A DNA stretch of 64,000 nt from Octopus sinensis (lineage: Eukaryota): contig NC_042997.1 in assembly GCF_006345805.1 (NCBI RefSeq), positions 100,750,001-100,814,000 on the forward strand, read 5' to 3'. Each line of letters opens with the position of its first letter. Position 1 is the first letter of the stretch. The notes under the pieces were generated by a model. It was not told the origin of the DNA. It worked only from the letters and a program-made list of their open reading frames with translations, and did not search any database. Below, one piece after another: positions 22,370-36,062 of this stretch. Both the position numbers and the translations under genes were made by a program.

Positions 22370-23421
22370 TTAACGTTAATGAAAAAAAATTTGGATATAT
22401 GCTTACAAGAGAAAACTCTTTCATCTCTCGAATTTAAGACAGAACCGTTCATCTTTCATAATTTTATAAGACTCTTCAAGGCATAAAAGACACGTTCTAT
22501 TTCTAATCCTATAAGAGGGGGCAGAAGAAACAATATTCCAAGAAATTGAGAAATTTATGTTGTCTCTTTTAAGTTGTCATACCTTTTTGGATACAACTAC
22601 ATAACCAACTCATTAGAGTTGTTTATGTAGTTATGTGGGTTATATAGTTGTGTGAAGAAATAAGAGATTTTTTGTGAAAAGACTTTGTTTCGTGTTATTA
22701 TTGCTAATGTTTTTCTCGTAATGACTGCGAGTGACATTACAATTGTTTATCTTATTAGAAATATAGGTATTGGTAGAAATCTGGTTAATAAAAGTCTTGT
22801 TATTTGGTCCTTAGTTGTTAAATTTTTTTCCCTTTTTTATGGTGGAGTTATCTTTACAAATAAATTCATAGAGTTAAGTTGTGTGCCAGGGCGTTCCAAT
22901 TCATGATGGTGTTTAGAAATTGTGGTGTGTTTATTGGAGAAATATTTGTTAAATTTGTTGTATTTAATTTGATATTTATAACCAGCATTTCTAAGAGCAA
23001 GACTGTAATAATCTTTATGCTTATTAAAAATTTCTTCATTCGAAGATAATGTTTTAATTCTATTTTATTTTATTAAACCTTGTTTGATATCCTTAAAAAA
23101 ATTCCTCACACTGATGAAAATGCAATGCATAAATTTAATTATAATTACAATGGTTATAATATTTTCTTACATATTTGCATTGTTCTTTGAAACGCGCGTA
23201 TGCATTGAATTTTATTTTGTATTAAATCTAATTTTGATTCAACATCTTTATAACGTTAATGAAAAAAAAATTGGATATATGCTTACAAGAGAAAACTCTT
23301 TCATCTTTCGAATTTAAGACAGAACCGTTCATCTTTCATAATTTTATAAGACTCTTCAAGGCATAAAAGACACGTTCTATTTCTAATCCTATAAGAGGGG
23401 GCAGAAGAAACAATATTCCAA
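22370..23421 (-). mobile_element. Penelope-like remnant with direct pseudo-LTR duplication
   Basis: ~172-bp direct repeat (22370-22542 and 23249-23421) encoding WNIVSSAPSYRIRNRTCLLCLEE on the minus strand. Internal EEIFNKHKDYYSLALRNAGY. Confidence 0.75.
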
Positions 23422-24299
23422 ATTCCTATATGCACACATATATATATATAATTGGATCTAGTTTCAGCTCATGACCTGTGGCCATGCTGGGGCTCTGCTA
23501 TATGGTGTTGCTACATAATTTTATTTCACGAATGTTTTTTAAGAATTGATATTTGGTGCATGAGGGAGTTTGATGTCGCTGCCCTCATCAGCACTTCCTG
23601 CCGCAAAATTGGCTCATCTGGGACTCTTGACAGTAAGAGATCCAGCTTTATTTTGAGGTCATCTACGTTCACCTATGTCCACGAAATATATATATATATT
23701 TCGTTTTTCGATTTGCTTTGCAAGATTCTTTATGTGAGTTCGTGTGTTGAAGCATATTCTGTTGTGTCTGAGGAGAGACATTCTCTTTTGGTACCTTATA
23801 ATTTAACACACTCACCAGTGATATATATGAATATGAGTATACTTATATATGTATATATATGAATATGACTATACGTTTACATGTATATATATGTATGTAT
23901 ATATATATATATGAATATGACCATACATATATATGTATATGTATATACATGAATATGACTATACATATATATTTATTTCTTGAAATCATTAATTGAAAGC
24001 TATTATTAGACGAAAAGTGAAACCTAAATTTACATATTGTGTTTTCCGTATGTTTTGCTTTTGACTTAGGATATTATTGATTATTGTAGAGAGGTTCAAC
24101 TTTCATTACTCCTAATTTAACAGCGTTTCCGTAGTTGTAGGCAAGCATATACTTTTTCCTTTTTTTATATTTCCCTATCCAATTCGATTTCCTTTCAGGA
24201 ATTTGCATAACTTCTCTTCTCGCTCTTTCTCTTATTCTCAGTTCTCTACACGGCACTGTCCTTTCCTCGTTTCTTTATTTCTCTCTCTATTGGTTCATT

Positions 24300-24685
24300 T
24301 TAAATATTTAGACACTCTCTCTTCCTTTTCTCTTTCTCTCTTTCTCCATCTCTTTACTTCGCTCCATCACACCATCTTTCTTCATCACACCGTCTTTTCT
24401 TCGTTTCTCTCTTTCTCTCAGCATTCCTTCTTTTTAAAGATGTAGACACTCTTTCTCTCTTTCGCTATCTCTTTACTTCACTCTATCACACAATCTTTCT
24501 TCTCTCAAACCCTTAGTCTCTCTTAAAGATATAGACACAATTTCTCTCTTTCTCTATCTCTTTACTTCACTCTATCACACCATCTTTCTTCTCTCAAACC
24601 CTTAGTCTCTCTTAAAGATATAGACACAATTTCTCTCTTTCTCTATCTCTTTACTTCACTCTATCACACCATCTTTCTTCTCCCA
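24300..24685. repeat. CT-rich minisatellite, 89-bp unit
   Basis: CTCTATCAC recurs at 24481, 24570 and 24659; degenerate copies upstream. Confidence 0.9.
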
Positions 24686-25241
24686 AAGAGTTAAAGTTAT
24701 CGACATTAACAAACAAGGGAAAAGAAGCGGGAGAACTAACACAAAGAACACAGTTTGCAAAAAAAGTGTCGGATTGAAAGGTGTACGCAAATTGAAATGT
24801 GTATTTACTCTTATCCATCGCCTTGGCTTATAAGTTACCAACGATGTGGTTTTCAGAGTATTCCATGTTGCATTAAATTTTTACTCCCGTGAAATTGTAC
24901 CCCTATATTTCACAAATAAAATAATTTTTTTTACTGTAAAATTTTTGCTTTCTAGATATGAAATTGTGGCCATGTAAATTTTAAAATGTAATTTTCTCTG
25001 TCTATGGGGAAAATGGAAAAATAAGAGTGAATATTTATTTCATGAGTGCTGTGTATAAAGTCTATAAAATTGTGCATAAAGTATATAAAATGTATTAAGT
25101 AATCATCGTATTCCAATTTCTTTCACTTTTCAATGAATAGTAAATGAGTAACTATCTTTTGATACAGACAAAACACAGGCTGTGCTTTCAGGTTTTGTGG
25201 ATAAAGTTTTCAGGAGTTACCCAGTAAGTTTACTATTAATT

Positions 25242-25269
25242 CCGTGAAATATTTACGGGTCCCGCTAGT
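25242..25269 (+). mobile_element. Helitron-like 3' terminus
   Basis: CCGTGAA/TTTACGG hairpin, 6 nt, then CTAG|T. 5' end not located (may include the 89-bp array). Confidence 0.5.
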
Positions 25270-25539
25270 ATATATATATAGTGTATAAAAGGAGTATTAA
25301 TCCAGGCTATGTCCCACGAAGCACATCTGCATATTCCAATAATCAAAATTGTATATGTAGATGTATTATTTTAAATGTGGTATACACACTAGTTGACAAT
25401 TCTGGTTAATCTCATTTGTAGGGCGTGTATATATCAAAACAAAGACTGGAAAGTTTGGTATATTTTTAATTCCGTGTTACACGTGTTTCGTTACAGCATG
25501 GGAAAAACGTTATGAATTTAACATTAATAATATTGGTTT

Positions 25540-25685
25540 CAGATTTTAGCACAAAACCAACATAGTCGGGAAAGGGGTTAAGTCGATTATATCAACCACA
25601 GTACTCAACCGGTATTTATTTTATCGACCTCGAAAGGATGAAAGACAAAGTCAGCTTTGGTGGAATTAGAACTCAGAACAACAAA
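25540..25685 (-). mobile_element. SINE family A, head missing
   Basis: Core match that stops at GAACTCAGAAC. Confidence 0.75.
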
Positions 25686-25784
25686 GGTGTAGCCGAGAGC
25701 TGGCCAGGATGGTATGTTGCCTCGTGCAGGTCTTGGGGTCCAGCCAGTGTGCCGTCATCTCCAGGTAGGACCTGATCCAGAGAG
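25686..25784 (-). mobile_element. Isolated ~100-bp hAT transposase coding snippet
   Basis: GC-rich island translating RSYLEMTAHWLDPKTCTRQHTILASSRL, like the hAT SYLG.TAHWID region. Confidence 0.55.
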
Positions 25785-27528
25785 TAATGTTTTTATTTTT
25801 TTCCTATTAGAAATTTTGAATTTCTAAATATGTCGACTTTGTCATAATTTTATCTAATATTAAATTGACGGCTTTTGTTGTATGAAAAATTAATTTGTTG
25901 GTGATATAAAGAGAGTCTAAAAAAGAAAATCCATGAAGTCATGCTTTTAGTATCCAAGAATAGTAATTTCTAACTTTCAGTTTTGAGATTTTTCTGAAGT
26001 AAAACGTATAACACGAATGATAATTGTCAAAACTGGAAACATTTTGAATTGAATCACGCAGTTTCGAATATATGTGGCCCAAGGTTGACATTTAAAGAGG
26101 TAAAATAGACTCGACCGAATCACCTCTCAGTATTTTATTGATATTTTGTAATAATGGAAAGTAAAAATAGGTTGCGGTAACGGAGTGTATCAAAATACTA
26201 AAAAGCATTTTGTTAAGCGGACTACCGACTCTGCCATCCATTTCGATTTAACCCACCCATTACTCGGTTACCATATGATATCACTCTTGGATGTGCGTAA
26301 AAATAGTAAACAAAAGGCAGTGCTCCATCATAGCCACAACCAAATGGCTGCAACAAGTAAAAGAATAAAATGAGCTCAAATATAAAGAATGCTGTTCAAA
26401 TAGAATGCTATCTATTTCAAATAAATAGCATTCATAAATAAAGAAAAAAATAGAAAATGCCAAACAGTTGCATCGAAGATGAATCACAAAACAAGTAATA
26501 AACCACTAAATAGAGTTAAATAGATCAGTAATTACTCTAAAAATTGCAACGAAGAATCTCATGCCACAATAAATATTCCAAGCAACACCCTTACTCCAAA
26601 AGTAAGAATACTTATTAAATACTTTTCCAATGCTATCCTAAAGACGAATATGTAAAGATGGCAGAAATACAAAACTCAAGATTTGCGCTTTGTTCATAAT
26701 TGCGAGGCCTGTCTCAGATCAAACACTTTCACACACTCCTAGAGGCTTGAAGGAATTACTTTTCACATAAACGTCTTCAACTACTCAGACAAATATTGTA
26801 ATATCCTTAGATACTGAAAACCAGAAGAAATAATTCCAATTCTAAAACGTCACAAAATAAATAACTGAATTAACATCACCTAAAGCATAAGAACGACTCT
26901 GAAGCCAACGAATAAACCTTTATGTGTTATATAAAACTGCTTTCCGCGGTTAAGGGTAATACAATTTTAAATGTTTATATCTGCTTTCCACAATAAAAAG
27001 GTTAATATTCTACTTATACTTTGGTAGCGGGTAAAAGAATACAAGGATTTCCTGGTTTCAGTGGCAGCTTGAATTTTGTCGGTGGCGGTGGAGTTATTGT
27101 TGAAGCCATCAAGTATTTTCGGTGTAAAGCTTTGTCAGAAGTGTGATGATCGAGTGTAATGACCTGAAACTGTACAATAAGCCTCAATATACTTTAGATA
27201 TCCCATCAGAAAATATTTTCAAACATGATATTCCCCAACAAAAATGTTATCTATTAAGATATGTAAAGTTTACTGAGGTAATGTGACTTGCAGAAAATAC
27301 CAGTTCTAGTTTTTGTTAGATGTTTAACATCATTACTGAAATAGCCAAATTTAATTTAATTTCGCAGTTAAAGGGTTAAACATCCCCTAAAGAAATAGCG
27401 CAAAAGCAGTTACTTTTTAGAGAGCTGCTTAATATTTTATGTATATTAGATGACTTAACATCTTTAAGGCTTGCACGCCTATACAACAACAATGGATCAA
27501 AAATGTGCAAAAATGTGCACTCACACAA

Positions 27529-27564
<36 letters not shown>

Positions 27565-27779
27565 ACATAAATTAAATTTCTTAGCTCACTATAAGTATTT
27601 TAGCACCGACTATGCTACAATGGCACTACATATTAATTTACTCTGAAGCACACAGAATTTCATACTTCTCATTCAGTCGAAACAATCACAAACAATGTAT
27701 AGACATCAAAATATCCACAGACTCAGTACGGGTTCACTGACCTTCAAAACTGCATATGGATGCGCACCAGTTACAACAC

Positions 27780-27930
27780 ATAGCGAAAAAGAGACAATTG
27801 CATCCTTTTCACTGAATCCAGTCCTATCAAAACCTCTCAACAAAATCGGATTTAAAAAATGGAAAAAAGCACAACCCGTATTCAATAATACGAGTATTAG
27901 AAAACTCGTATACCATAAAACATTTCATGT
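27780..27930 (+). mobile_element. Possible TTF-type zinc-finger remnant of a hAT element
   Basis: GFKKWKKAQPVFN resembles the GF.NWK...F..HE motif; otherwise degraded. Confidence 0.35.
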
Positions 27931-28399
27931 TCGAACACTCGGAGTGGTTCTCAACCAGAAGGAAGTACGGAATATAAAATTTATTTAATGACAGTTTTGC
28001 TCTTGTGCGATGAAGAAATTTGGCACATGAAGAAATAAATGAAAAGTGCATTTAACAGTTTTTATGTTTTTAAATGACTAGAATGACTCTTCCACAGTAT
28101 AATTGCATCAGTGTCAAAATAGGGTTAGAGATCAAATTACTTGCTGGACAAATACAACTCTAAAAATAAACTAATCCTGAACTAAACTGTGTAAATTTCG
28201 AATTTGCCTTCCTATTTATTGGCTGATCACTTACTCCTTATTACTAGTTTTCTAACATGAACTAAAATACTCTTTATATACGTATAATATCGTGTATAGC
28301 ATACATCAATTTTGAGTTGTATTACAAAGAAAAAGTGTATCTTAACGATATTTGCAAGTGATAAGTATTTGATATTGATAAATAGTTTGGCAATCTAAC

Positions 28400-29300
28400 A
28401 TGCATGTATTCGCAGATGAGATTTTCTTCAGGTCCTTTTTGGAGGAGGGGATTATAGCCTATGACTTTCACAGGCCTTTCAAAACTGATGACACCGATGT
28501 CTTTTAGCTTGTAGAGATGGGTGATTTCTCCAATCGTCATAAACCGTGTTCTTTGCCTGAAAAACTGTAGCGCGGTTAAGAGGAACCACTTGGGCAGGCT
28601 TGTAGCAGATTGTTTTGGTTGTGTGTAGAATGTGGAAGGGCATGTCTAAGAAGATAACTGTTTGGGGGAGGGAGGGTGTCAATGATGTCAACATGCATTG
28701 CTGTTTATCGTTTACATAGAACTAGCTGAGCTCTAGTAAGTGAGATGATTTGAAGTGCCACAGTGTTTAGGAAAATGGGGTTTGTTGCGTGGTACATTTT
28801 TGTGTGGTCGGACAACCACCGTTTTATTGTAACTATTCATCGTGCATCTAACACGCAAGGAACCCCACTGTGGAGACGGTAACTGTTTGGTCAAGGTTGA
28901 GCTTGGCCGTAGATAACGGATCGTAGATGTTTGAAGTTTCTGTGCTGTAAGTTAAGGTTGTATCTACGGAATGAAACTAAAACTGATGTTGAGAATTTTT
29001 GAATAGAAAATGTTTCGATTTCTGCATTAGCAATATCAGTACAGGATGTACGTGAAAACCGTGAAAAACTGAGCATCGAAATCTCCGAAAACGATGATTT
29101 TAGTGAGAATTGAAGTAAAATAGATGTTGTCGATGCAAGAAGAGATATGATCAAAGAGTTATTGGTGGTTGGAGAAGTTTGGTGAGCGATAGAAGAATCA
29201 GATCAATTTAGAAATGTAGGGGAAGAGACGTTGATACATCATTGAGAGAAGTGAGTGAAATTTACATGTGCTTAAATTCCTTCTTTTTGGAGTATAGCCT
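28400..29300 (-). mobile_element. Possible Penelope-like RT remnant
   Basis: TVIFLDM, CYKP and IGEITHL..GY motifs scattered over frames. Confidence 0.35.
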
Positions 29301-29616
29301 GGGCAGCAAAGACGGAGTTTAGTTAAGCAGAAACTTGTTTCGGAAAAGTATAGGTTGTGTGATTCGCGTGGAATTAACGGATATTCAAGAATAGGAGCGA
29401 AAATTGGGTCAGCTGGAATAGTAATATATTTTAGAATTTAGCGAATCGGTGAGAGTGTTGGTGCACCGCGAGGTCACAATAACTCTCACCTGGAGTTTTG
29501 TTCGTATACTTGCAACATCAAATCTTAGTAATGACACCCACGGTCCAAAATATGATCTTGGGATGAATTCAGAAGTTTGTGTATTCATTACCTGGTTAGA
29601 GCCAATCAGGGCCACA

Positions 29617-29699
<83 letters not shown>

Positions 29700-30401
29700 C
29701 AAAATCCAACAACAGATCCAACAAAAGAATTTCATCTTTCACATGGAAAACAGCATTTCTAACTGATTGCAAAAATCTTCGCGTGATTCTGTAACGCCAC
29801 GACACTATATGAGGAAGACGCAATTAAATCTAAACCACTGAAGGAAATAGGATCGTGAAGGAACATATTCATTCATGAATAACCAAGCACTATGAATACT
29901 TATCATTTGCAATAAAAGTAAGTTTTCTAAGAGACTTAAAGCCGAAAACGCTCACCTAAGTTTACCAGAGCACTTGTTTGCAAGCCATTAAATATAAATG
30001 ACTTCGGGTGTAATTAATTACGTTTAACTGAGATGAGTTTTTTTTTTTATCTAAAGCAATTAAAAAATTATTGGATTGCATACACGACATTATATGGAGA
30101 TAAAGAATATTTTAATTCATGCTAGGAAATTAGTTATACGGAGTAACTAATGTGATAATAAATATACTGGAGATAATCTCCAAAATTGACAGATTTTTTT
30201 TTATATGCGGTTCAATAATTTTCTTTTCTATTTATTTATATTTGATTTAAATAAAACATAAAAAATACCCTTTCATTTTGTGTTTGTTTCAGTTGTATAA
30301 TCAATAATACGTTATATTATTTAGTAGTATTGTATTAATGTTCTTAAAGATTTAACAGGCGATAAACAAATATTTGTATGATTGATCAGACACTTTTTCA
30401 G

Positions 30402-31300
30402 TACAACGGTCAGCTGAAAAGTTCGTAGGCTGACCAAGATGCTCTCATGGAATTTAACCAATTGTGGTTTATTTTTCAATACAGTCCACACACTCGCTCC
30501 ATCTGTGTTGCAGTTCCTGGCTCTCATTGGTGAAGAAGCATTCATTCTCTTGGTCAAAAGAATCACCAACAGGAGATATGACGTTATCATTGCTATACTG
30601 GTTCCCAGTCAAGTGTCGTTTCTCGTTGGGGAATAGATGATAGTCAGATGAGACCAAATCAGGAGAATAGGGAGCATGATTAACCAGTTCAAAGCCACAG
30701 TGACGCACAACAGCTATTGAAACCAAGGACTTGTGAACTGGGACCCCTTTCGTCAGTTTTCCTTGGTGTTTGATCTTGATAACCTTTCGTAACAGTCTCA
30801 GCAAATTGGCATAGTACTCTCCATTGATGGTGTCAATAAACACAATGCTTTTTGCATCCCCAAAACTGTGGCCATCACCTTCCCTGCAGATGAAACGACC
30901 TTGGCCTTCTTTGGTGAGAGTGAGGAGGGATGTTTCCACTGCACATATTGTCTCCTTGTCTCTGGCTTAAAGTGACGTAGCCAGTACTCATCCTGAATTA
31001 GAAAACGTTCAAGGAAATCAGCCTGATGTGCTTCAAACAATGTAAGATTTTCACATGATGTATCAGCTTCGTACACTTTTGATCAGATCTCAGAAGATGT
31101 GGCACCCACCGAACAGAAACCTTCGTCATGCCAAGTTCATCGTGCAGAATATTTCCAGCTCTCTCACGGGATATGCTAATCGCCTGTCATCTATCACCAT
31201 GTGGGGAACACGATCAATGTTTTCCTCGGTGGTGGAACTTTCAATACCTTGGGTCAGCTTAAGGGCTTTCCCTTTCCATCCTAAATTCAGCCACCCACTC
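30402..31300 (-). mobile_element. Degraded mariner (second family), 5' end missing
   Basis: TA + CAACGGTCAGCTGAAAAGTTCGTAGGCTGAC terminus. WVAEF, QDEYW, SAGKVMATV and YSPDLVSSDYHLFP motifs with frameshifts. Confidence 0.85.
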
Positions 31301-33115
31301 TATGGGGTTCATGCTTCTCATCGAATAGCTTCTCAATTTCCTCATCGCTGTCATCGAACTAGTCTTAGTGTCTACGTCTGTTCTGGCGCAGATGAGTGAG
31401 TTCAGTGTTGTACACCACGTCTCTGAACGCCATTGAATCGTTTTCCTCTCCCTTTGAACCAACGTCGAGTAGGCTCAACTTGCTGTCCAGGTCCTCACTG
31501 ACGTTTAGTCGCTTATTGGCTGGCTTCCCTTGTGGTCACCGCCTGGGTTAGATGTATATGACGAGTTTTGCGAGGATGAGTCTGTAATCTAATCAGCATT
31601 CTGCATCACTCATGGCTTTGTCACCCTAACATCTCACCTGTCCCGTCTTCTGATTACGACATAGTCAATTAGATGCCAATTTTTGCTGCGTGGATGCATC
31701 CAGGACGTCTTTTTGTGGCTGGGAAGGCGAAACACTGTGTAGGTGATCAGCAGATCATACGCAACACAAGTTTTCAGTTGAAGATAATCGATGATGTCAC
31801 TCTTGCCAATTCCGTTTCTCTCAATGACTTCCTCCCATGTCTCATAGTCTGGCCCAACTTTGGTGTTTAAGTCGTCGAGAACAACGAGCTTGTCTACCTT
31901 AGGTACGATTGCTGTGAGGGCTTCAACTTAATCATGATTAGGACGTAAGCACTGATGATGGTGGCATTGCACTTTCCTTTGAAGGGAAGCCACGAAGACA
32001 CCAATCAGTCATTCAGTCCGTTGAAAAGGCTGGTTAGCTTCCTGCTCAAACTAGTTATGATGGTCAATTCCTCTCCTGCTTCTCGAAGTTTGTTGCTGCT
32101 TCGGCCATTCCAGATGTAGCCGGTTTTGACTGCCGTCAGCTGACCTTTGTCAGCAAGACTGGTCTCACTCAGAGCTGCAATGTAGATGTTGTACCTGCTA
32201 AGTTCTCTTGCGACAAGCGCTGTCCTTCTCTCAGGGCTGTTTGCTTTGGAGCTATCCATGGACGTTTGTACATTCCATGGGCCAATAGTGAGCGATGTTA
32301 TCGATGTTTACGTTTCGGAGTTTCGACCGCATGGTTGGGATCCCAGCCTGCCGCGGCATGCAGGCCAGGGTAAAGTGAAGCTGGCTATATTTAGGGTACC
32401 TTTTCTAGCCCCTTCTTCAAGCCATGGTGGTGAGCAGAGCGATCCTAAAGAGGGCTGTCAGACACTCAGGTGGATGCCGAGCTGTGCTGTTCCTTCGGTC
32501 CAGTGGGGGAAAGATCCTATGCCGTGGGCTGCCAGAGTGTAGGTTTGTGACTACAGTTTCTACTGCATCTATTCCTGCTATTTTGCTATTTGCCCATCGC
32601 TGCAAGAGTTGAAGACAATTCTTGGATGGTGTGATATGTTGACTTGAGCGTGACATGGATTAAAGTGTAGGAGAGATGCACAACGCCATCGGCTTCACTA
32701 TTTCGTCCCTTCCTATCATATTCTTGTGGCAGGACGAAGTCAAGACCACTAGAGATAGGTCGGGATGCAGTGGATGGCCGCAGTATCCTAAGAGTCTCAC
32801 TTTTCTCTGCTCACGCTCCACAATGCTTTGTGGCCCTCTATCTTGCCCGTCGAACCAATCCGGTGGTTTCCTCTACACAGTCCGCCAGGTCCAGTCTTTA
32901 TTAACCCAGCTCACCGAAGGTTTGAAAGCCGTCGGCTAACCTCACTATGGTTTAGCTGGCTTGTGGAAGCCATTATTGGTTGGGGTTGCAGCGCGCTGTT
33001 GCAATCAGGCAGTTTCGAAGAGCCACAGGTGAGAGCTAGGTGTCTGATTAGGACCAAACCGAGAAAACTACTTCGAAGAGTGCCACATGTTCCCTCGGTA
33101 AAGGTATTACTCCAC
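31301..33115 (-). mobile_element. RTE-clade LINE, 5' UTR + APE endonuclease, 3'-truncated
   Basis: PERRTALVARELSRYNI.IAALSET, TIISAY, DKLVVL.D.N.KVG and F.DSDEEIEKLFDEKH motifs. Confidence 0.8.
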
Positions 33116-34011
33116 CTATACATTCCCATACACCCCTACATACACTACACATCTATATACTTATATAACTTGATAGGATAGTAGGGTAGATCAAACGATA
33201 GAAGACAGGCGTCAAACATGAAAATGAAAGGAGATAGCCAAATAATTAGTTGTTAGTGTGTGAGATATTTAAAGAAAAATTGTTGCTGAGACTTTCGAAC
33301 CTCATAGATTATTAATGTCTTATAATGTAATGGCAGTCTCTTTGTTGAACTGGAAATATTGAAGATGCTTTTACAACTAGCGATAGTGTTACACGTGGTG
33401 GTGTCACAGGTAAAAATGGAAACGAGGAGTTTGAAGATGGTTCCTTTGCATCTGCAGAATTAAGTTAGAAGTATTACCAACAACGAATGTGATTGCGATA
33501 AAAAAAAAAAAAAATTTGCAGATTTACTTCAAGACCGGATATGTTATAAAATACGGAAAGAAACATTATAAAGATATTCTAAATGTTACAAGATTAAAAT
33601 ACATATTTCAATTTTCGGACTCGTTTGATTAATAAATAGTTTCATTTTAAATATTCAGTGATTAATTACTGTTTAGTTATACTTTCCTCTTTACGAAGAT
33701 CGAATTTGCCCATTTGTCACTATATCTTATTCATTTAAATTTATTGCTAAATGTAAACTGATTGATAACCTACATTTTTCGTTTTATGTTTTAAATTTCA
33801 TTCTGTGAGGCTTAGATCACGCAAAGTAATGTATGTAGAATAGTGCGCACAATCAATTCGTATACATGTATATATTACGCGTAAAACAGCCATGACTAAG
33901 TAGAGAGTCTACTTATCAATGTCTTAGATCATACTTTGGGCCACGCCTACATCCATGTAAAATGGTATTTCGATTTAACTGACTGGCTTATTAATATTGT
34001 CTAAAAGTATA

Positions 34012-34220
34012 AGGAGCGAGCTGGCAGAAACGTTAGCAAGCCGGGCGAAATGTTTAGCGGTATTTCGTCAGTCTTTACGTTCTGAGTTCAAACTCCGCCG
34101 AGGTCGACTTTGCCTTTCATCCTTTTGAGGTCGATATATTAAGTACCAGTTGCGTACTGCGGTCGATCTAAGCGACTGGCCCCCTTCCCCAAAATTTCGG
34201 GCCTTGTGCTTTGAGTATTA
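34012..34220 (+). mobile_element. SINE family A
   Basis: Full head-to-tail match to the 4982 copy. Confidence 0.85.
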
Positions 34221-34362
34221 AAGAATATTGTCTAAAAGTATTGCTGTGATGATCAAGAACACTGAAAAATAAAAGAAAGGTTTTAACAAGAATCATTTCC
34301 TAGCGAAATTAATACAGGAGATTACATGATAATAATGATTCCAATATATATATATATATATA

Positions 34363-34937
34363 TCTCTATAAAATAAATTTCGGAAAAACCCCGAAAGTTT
34401 AGGATTTATGCAGTGTGGGTGTTAATGAAAAAAAATTACTATTGTTTTTAAATTACTTTACATTTTCCATTTGAAAATAAAAGGAGTAAGAATTGTAATG
34501 GTGGTCGCCGATTTCCAATTTTTGTTTAAACCTTCAAGGCTTCTCACATCGTTTTTAAGTCAGCAGTGGAAAAAAACCCCAAACAAGCAATCAAAAAAAC
34601 AGAGGAAAAGAAATTGGCCGAAATCGGTACTGAGTGGGGAAAGGAAAAAAATCATAAGCATTCAAAAAACTTTTTTACCGAAAAGGCGTCTCCCATTATA
34701 TTTAAGTACGTAGCGCAAAAAAGAAAAAAATTAAGAAAAATCAATCCAGAAGGGGAAGGAGAGGGGGTTGATTCATAAATTTTCAAACATGCTTTTTCAT
34801 GAAAAAGGCGTAGTGAAAATAAAAAAAAAAACTGAAAATCCACCGTGAAAACAGAGAAAATCCAACTATTTGGGTCTGTTATTCCGAAAGTCCGCAAAGG
34901 CATTCTACTGTGAAAATTAGCCGGCAGCGACGGCTAG
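34363..34937 (+). mobile_element. Candidate non-autonomous Helitron/Helentron-like element
   Basis: A|TC start with TTTCGG..CCGAAA hairpin. Ends in TAGCCG/CGGCTA hairpin overlapping CTAG, but followed by C rather than T. Confidence 0.4.
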
Positions 34938-35169
34938 CATGTGTGTGTATACATACACACATACATGCATACATACATACATACATACATACATACATAC
35001 ATACATACTGATATGGTGTTTTTATACCTTTTACCACAACAGAATCATTTCTCCAAGGTAACTGCAAGGAACTTGCCTTTAGAAGTTGAATGTGACAAAC
35101 ATATTTTAATTAAGTAAAGTTCACTGATGCCAATATACTGGTGGGGCTGATACTGCAATATATATATAT

Positions 35170-36062
35170 ATATATATATAATACAAAATGGACAAGAACG
35201 CAAAACATCCGGACGGCTAGTGATACAAAAAGGGACAACAAACATCCAGATAGACGATACAAAAAAAACAAAAACCAAAAAAAAAACACAAGGACGGGTC
35301 ATTCGAAGCCCTCTATTCTCAGTCATGCACCAGATTCACCGCAATCTCGGCTGATTATTCTTAAGATTGCTCCAATCTGGCCAGCCCCAAGGAAAATCTA
35401 AGCTAAGAGCATTAGATTCCTTGGAAGAAAGCAGCGAATGTATACAAAAACAAGGACGGACAAACGGACAAAGTTACACAAATAATTACAATAATAAATG
35501 CAATAAAAATAATAACAGGACATAACAACAGGTGTCTTTCGACTTAGGACGAATTGAATTAATCTGGAGAGTGTGGAAATGAAGCCTTACGGCAGAGTAC
35601 CAAATATTTCACAAACACAGGGAAGAATATCAATGTTGCACGGACGGCGATCAGACCAAGAAAGAACAGGCTAGGATGATCAGTAGTCACGTGGGAAGAG
35701 AAGAGAAAGAAGTAGAAGCAGAGGGACAGAAGAATAAAGGAGGGGAGAGAAAAAAGGATAGGAACACAGTGAAGTGAAAAGTGGAGGTAAAGTGAGTATA
35801 AAGAGAAAGCAAATAAATATGAGAGAAGGAAAACGAAAGAACGAAGAGTGGAATGAACGAATAAGCGTGAAAGGGCTGATAGACAGACAGTAACAGAGTC
35901 GTACAAGATTTTAGAAAAATGTGTATTTACATATAAGAGAGCAAAGTGTATGTACACCGATATATATATATATAAAATACCAAATGGGACAAGAACGCAA
36001 AATATCCAGATAGATGATACAAAAAAAACAAAAAAAAAAAACACAAGGACGGGTCATATGTA
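35170..36062 (-). mobile_element. Non-coding element with direct terminal repeats between (TA)n tracts, possibly Penelope-derived
   Basis: Repeat GGACAAGAACGCAAAA...CACAAGGACGGGTCAT at about 35175-35302 and 35975-36057. Confidence 0.45.

Noticed and set aside
23558-23595. CTGATGAGGG...CCCTCATG hairpin
   Set aside because: No GAAA after the stem, so not an HHR.
24300-24685. CRISPR-like array
   Set aside because: Contiguous 89-bp units without unique spacers, in eukaryotic context.
25478-25489. TACACGTGTTTC, identical to the F3 stem III region
   Set aside because: No CUGANGA or stem II upstream; a half motif only.
35285-35335. CTGAGAA...GAATGACCCGTC in the direct-repeat element
   Set aside because: Both core halves deviate and stem I does not pair.
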